NCBI GenBank assembly: GCA_028711065.1
Contig: JAQTSY010000003.1
Location: forward strand, 1,136-65,135
Direction: 5' to 3'
DNA: 64,000 nucleotides
Source of the DNA: Minisyncoccota bacterium
GTDB taxonomy: Bacteria > Patescibacteriota > Minisyncoccia > Phycocordibacterales > JAQTLZ01
Under the pieces are notes generated by a model that saw only the letters and a program-made list of their open reading frames with translations, was not told the DNA's origin and searched no databases. Numbering within the stretch: the stretch's first letter is position 1; each line of letters begins with the position of its first letter. The position numbers and the translations under genes were made by a program. This document shows, one piece after another, positions 59,915 through 64,000 of the stretch.

Positions 59915-60307
59915 ATGAAAAAACTTATCATCGTCGTTGTGATCGGCGTCATCGCCTGTGGCGCATATTATTTTGTTTCTAAACGTAATACTGCCTACTC
60001 TCCCAGCCCAACTCCTACCCCAGAAGCGATAAACCCTGCGCCATCTTCAGGCACAGCAAACATAGACATTCAAAATTCCGCTTTTAGCCCAATGACTATC
60101 ACCGTCAAAGCCGGAACAAAAGTCGTCTGGACGAACAAAGATAGCATCACCCACACAGTCACATCCGACGCGGGTGCACCTCAATACTTCACCTCACGCT
60201 TCCCTGCCGGCGGAACATTCGGCGCGATTTTGACTGCACCAGGCACTTACCACTATCACTGCGACGTGCACCCTGAAATTACAGGCACCGTCATAGTAAC
60301 ACAATAA
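59915..60307 (+). CDS. Cupredoxin/plastocyanin-like protein
   Basis: AFSP..TV..GT.V.WTN.D..HTVT, YHCDVHP. Confidence 0.88.
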   Translation: MKKLIIVVVIGVIACGAYYFVSKRNTAYSPSPTPTPEAINPAPSSGTANIDIQNSAFSPMTITVKAGTKVVWTNKDSITHTVTSDAGAPQYFTSRFPAGGTFGAILTAPGTYHYHCDVHPEITGTVIVTQ

Positions 60308-60431
60308 AAACGCCTCCTAGTGGCAAAGACAGTCCTTTGCTAGGGGCAAAATTGACAAAGTTTGGGAAAAGGCACAGTATTGAAACAGATTCGGCTTAAG
60401 AAACCCTTTTTGAGAAGAAAGAGAGGCACGC

Positions 60432-60659
60432 GTGTCGAAATTTCGCCTAAAGAGAAGTATGAAAGGACAATTCGGAGGGTATGGTTGTCTGATACCCCTG
60501 CTGCCTTTCACGATGGCCATGGTTTTTATCCTACCAGTAATCGGTAGGATGCTACACAGACAAGAGATTAGTACTGGGGGCTGGCTTTCGCTTGCGATTG
60601 GGGCCATAATGCTGGGCCTCAGCGTCTGGACCTTTCTCACAACCCCTCAACGCTTTTAA
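60432..60659 (+). CDS. Small two-TM hypothetical protein
   Basis: GAGG upstream, two hydrophobic segments. Confidence 0.4.
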   Translation: MSKFRLKRSMKGQFGGYGCLIPLLPFTMAMVFILPVIGRMLHRQEISTGGWLSLAIGAIMLGLSVWTFLTTPQRF

Positions 60660-60718
60660 AGCCGAACAGGCTTCCAACGAGACTTGCCGACAAAACGGTA
60701 AAGCCTCGTTTTTTATTC

Positions 60719-61153
60719 CTACATATTTTTTGGCTGGAGCATGCTGACACGGTTGCCTTCGCTGTCCTCGAAAGAGATCCAGAGACCAACGCCGGGGATA
60801 TCTTGGGGTTCCATTGTCTGCTTGCCAGAGCCATCCATCGCTCCCAAAATTTTTCCGCCTCCTTTCTCGACTTCCTTCATGGAAGCGTGAATGTCTTTGA
60901 CTGCGATCACAACTGACGGAGCATGAGATTTGGGGCTATCACTTTTTTTGTAAAAGCCCCCGTTAATGGTGCCGGGCGTTTTCACCATTCCTTTGTCATC
61001 CGTCTCTGCCGTTTGTGCTACGACATAATTTCCCATCTCCGCTCCCATCTGTTGCATTTTCCAATTGAAAACAGTTTCATAAAACTTCTTCATCCTCTCG
61101 CGGTCGTTATAGCCCATTTCGAAATGCACTACGGGATTCATTTTGTTTTTCAT
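60719..61153 (-). CDS. VOC/glyoxalase family protein
   Basis: NPVVHFE, FYETVF.W, INGG, F.DSEGN. Confidence 0.9.
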   Translation of the reverse strand: MKNKMNPVVHFEMGYNDRERMKKFYETVFNWKMQQMGAEMGNYVVAQTAETDDKGMVKTPGTINGGFYKKSDSPKSHAPSVVIAVKDIHASMKEVEKGGGKILGAMDGSGKQTMEPQDIPGVGLWISFEDSEGNRVSMLQPKNM

Positions 61154-61155
61154 AA

Positions 61156-61286
61156 GTTTAAAACCTTCATATTTGAAGAATTTCTTCGTTCCAAGTTCCG
61201 TCTGCTCCCGCGCAGTAGGTTTACTACAGCTTAGTCGCAATACTCACTTGCGCCTCGAACTTCATTCAAATCTTAAGGTTTAAAAT
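61156..61286. repeat. Palindromic REP/MITE-like insertion upstream of the VOC gene
   Basis: Outer arms TTTAAAACCTT..TTTGAA / TTCAAA..AAGGTTTTAAA around a GC-richer core. Confidence 0.5.
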
Positions 61287-61395
61287 TAGTTAATAATTAA
61301 CCTAAATTTTCTGACTTATTTTACTACGCCGTATAAAAAACCAAAACATTACAAATTTTATTTTAGCTCTTAACAAAACATGCTATGATACAAAA

Positions 61396-62829
61396 ATGTC
61401 ATCACCTGATACCGAAAAAAGTACTCGAAAACCTGCGGTTGCCGGAACATTTTATCCTGCTGACCAGAAAGAACTCCAACAAAAAATTCAGGTCAGTCTA
61501 GACAACGCTCCTGATTCTCCGAAGAAAAAAGTGGCGATGATACTTGTCCCGCACGCGGGATATGATTTTAGCGCGGATATCGCGGCTCTCGCTTACAAAA
61601 CTCTTATCGGGCAAAAAATCAAACGAGTATACCTCCTAGGAAATTCACATTTCGACCGCTTTCCCGGAGTGGTAGTAGACGACAACGAATTCTGGGAGAC
61701 GCCTCTCGGAAAGGCAGAAGTAGACAGAGAAAAAATCCAGGAATTGTTTGCATTCAGCCCGCTTGTGAGAACGCACTCTCCCACCCATGGAAAAGATCAT
61801 GCTCTCGAAGTGCAGTTGCCATTTTTACAAACTGTTTTAGATTCGCCTTTTACGATTATTCCTCTTTTATTTGGCAATAATACGCTTTACGAGTATGAAT
61901 CAATGGCGAATATTCTCTCGTCGATGTACGAAGATGGCGATCTTTTTGTGATAAGTACCGATCTGTCGCACTACCCTCCCTTCGAAATTGCAAAAAAGAT
62001 TGACCAAGAAACGTTAAAATTAATTAGCCGTAAAGATGGAGAGGGACTGAAAGAGCACGCAAAAAGCGCCTTAACCACAAAAGAAAATATGCTCACAATT
62101 TTATGCGGCCTTCCTGCTGTCGAATGCGCAATTGTAATCGCCCGGGAGTTGAATTTAGAGCCTAAAGTTTTAGGATATAAAAATAGCGGAGATGTAGAAA
62201 CAGAAAATAAAAATAGGGTGGTCGGATATGGCGCGATTTCATTTATTCTAGGCAAAAGCAGGCAAAAGAAACAAGATGAGAAAGAGCTATTAAATGCTGA
62301 AGAACAAGCAATGCTTCTCCAGATCGCCAAAACGAGTGTGGAAAATTTTATTCAAAATAACACTATCTCGGACTTTGGCGATATCATGCCGAAACTCAAG
62401 AAACCGTCTGGCGCCTTTGTCACTATAAAACGGGGCGGTCAGCTTCGTGGCTGTGTAGGGCTTATTCTCCCCGATGACCGCCCTCTGTGGAAGGTGGTAC
62501 GCGATATGGCAATTGCTTCGGCAACAAAAGACGGCCGATTCCGTTCCGTCATGGCAAATGAGCTTCCAGAGTTAAGTTATGAAGTCAGTGTCCTCTCTTC
62601 TCCCACAAAAATAGATGACTGGCAGAAAATAAAACTTGGAATAGACGGAGTGGTGCTCACCAAAGGAGAAAGAGTGGGAATTTTTCTTCCGCAAGTAGCT
62701 AGAGAAACACTTTGGAGCAAGGAGAGATTTTTGAGCGAACTTTGTTTTCAAAAAGCTGGACTAGCCCCAGATGCCTTCAAAACAGATCCTGAAATCACAC
62801 TGAGTGTTTTCCAAGCCCAAGTATTTTGA
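61396..62829 (+). CDS. AmmeMemoRadiSam B (MEMO1) - A (AMMECR1) fusion
   Basis: PAVAGTFYP, PHAGY, HALEVQLPFLQ, STDLSHY; GAFVT..LRGCVG..D.RF..FLPQVA. Confidence 0.93.
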   Translation: MSSPDTEKSTRKPAVAGTFYPADQKELQQKIQVSLDNAPDSPKKKVAMILVPHAGYDFSADIAALAYKTLIGQKIKRVYLLGNSHFDRFPGVVVDDNEFWETPLGKAEVDREKIQELFAFSPLVRTHSPTHGKDHALEVQLPFLQTVLDSPFTIIPLLFGNNTLYEYESMANILSSMYEDGDLFVISTDLSHYPPFEIAKKIDQETLKLISRKDGEGLKEHAKSALTTKENMLTILCGLPAVECAIVIARELNLEPKVLGYKNSGDVETENKNRVVGYGAISFILGKSRQKKQDEKELLNAEEQAMLLQIAKTSVENFIQNNTISDFGDIMPKLKKPSGAFVTIKRGGQLRGCVGLILPDDRPLWKVVRDMAIASATKDGRFRSVMANELPELSYEVSVLSSPTKIDDWQKIKLGIDGVVLTKGERVGIFLPQVARETLWSKERFLSELCFQKAGLAPDAFKTDPEITLSVFQAQVF

Positions 62830-62859
62830 CAATCGGAATATAAAGCGTAACTTTTTCCG

Positions 62860-63453
62860 ATGAGCCACGTCTACAAGGGTATGAACCAAGCATGGCAAAA
62901 ACAAGCGCAGAGTGTCCTTTCTCTTGATTATGCTGAGGTATGCTTTGCAGCCTTTCTTAATTTCCTTCTTATGGCGATTATCTTGATTGGAAGAAACAAT
63001 ATTTTCTACGGAGCTTCAGTACCAATATGCCTTGCGATGACGATCACGCTTCTTCTTACTATCCTTATCGAGCGACTTTCATCCCATACAGGAACTTCTC
63101 AAGAGATGAAAGACATTTTAAAAGCAGTTTTCTTTGAGGTATTTCTACTCTTCAGCATTAGCCTTCTGCCCCCGACAGCAAATGTGTTGTTTCTCCTTCT
63201 CGAAACTCTCTTTGTCTTTGCAGTACAATCCGGAGCGACATTATTCTTCGGAAAAGCATTTCGGATTGAGCTCGCAGAATTCTTCATATTTGTCGCTCTT
63301 ACAATTGAGCTTCTTCCCGAGGAGATCTTGCGCTCTCTCGTTTATATCGAGCCAAAAATAAAAATGCTTCAATCCAGACTTGGTCGCATTCATGTTCCGC
63401 ATCTATTAGGAGTTAAGAAAGCGAAAGTCACCGAGAACATCGCGGGAACGTAA
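62860..63453 (+). CDS. Hypothetical membrane protein
   Basis: Several hydrophobic segments. Confidence 0.55.
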   Translation: MSHVYKGMNQAWQKQAQSVLSLDYAEVCFAAFLNFLLMAIILIGRNNIFYGASVPICLAMTITLLLTILIERLSSHTGTSQEMKDILKAVFFEVFLLFSISLLPPTANVLFLLLETLFVFAVQSGATLFFGKAFRIELAEFFIFVALTIELLPEEILRSLVYIEPKIKMLQSRLGRIHVPHLLGVKKAKVTENIAGT

Positions 63454-63539
63454 AGATGATTTTATCTCTCATTCAATAAATATGTACTACAAAGGCCCCT
63501 TTCATTGGGGCCTCTTGAGTACAGGAGTTTCAGCATATT

Positions 63540-63734
63540 TCATTTTTTCTTCTCCTCTTCATCATCCTTACTGCTAGCATCATCATCGTCTCCATCCATA
63601 TCCAACATAAAAGCGTTTCTTGAATAAGCGAACATTCGCGACTCCGGTGGATTCAAAGTAAAACCTTTTCCAAGAGGTTTGTTTCCCATATCCATTACAT
63701 ACTTCTGAAGTCTCAATACGCTTTGGTTTAACAT
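63540..63734 (-). CDS. Small hypothetical protein with acidic tail
   Basis: 64-aa ORF between a structured leader and a hairpin at 63494-63512. Confidence 0.4.
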   Translation of the reverse strand: MLNQSVLRLQKYVMDMGNKPLGKGFTLNPPESRMFAYSRNAFMLDMDGDDDDASSKDDEEEKKK

Positions 63735-64000
63735 TTTAGTTTTGGTTAGTTATTAAAGGGTCTCGGAGCCCTAAGCATTGATTTTAGAAACCATTACTTA
63801 GGGACAATCAACCCCTATCTTGCCTTCGCTCGGGAGGGGTGCAATGTACATTGCAGCGGACTCCTGAAACTCGGCAAGGAAATACGACTATTTCCTTCTA
63901 GTATTAGTGACGAGATGTATTTTCTTTTGTTACAGAAAGAGTAACTGAAAAAATAACTGCGCGATAAACATTGACGCAGTGTCAAAGATTATTTTATTGA

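Noticed and set aside
63800-63875. ykkC or c-di-AMP riboswitch
   Set aside because: Only fragmentary resemblance; the conserved 3' motifs are absent

Overview
A 64-kb chromosomal segment that by gene content looks like a Patescibacteria/CPR (Parcubacteria-type) bacterium (inference from a short IF-2, a VirB2/TrbC-like pilin array, Pro/Thr-rich surface proteins and many apparently leaderless genes). Housekeeping content: mraZ-rsmH-ftsL-ftsI, alr, clpB, iscS, infB-rbfA, typA, truB, hisS, a type IV pilus/T2SS cluster and six tRNAs. It also holds a stress/defence stretch (split UvrD-nuclease, R-M pair, PemK, LexA, Y-family polymerase). The most unusual signal is non-coding: a family of ~110-190 bp multi-hairpin elements built from two conserved modules, whose arms in several copies are copied (sense and antisense) from the local insertion site. 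They occur behind five tRNAs, upstream of typA and uvrD, and inside a YdeI/OmpD-family gene that they interrupt. Other highlights: a Phe/Tyr leader-peptide attenuator ahead of a BacA-like prephenate decarboxylase and a TyrA-PheA fusion; a UvrD gene split by a 1.65-kb insert; a 6S-like RNA; an orphan PemK with a convergent small RNA; and perfect in-frame palindromes inside genes. All calls come from reading the sequence by eye; no database searches or folding programs were run.
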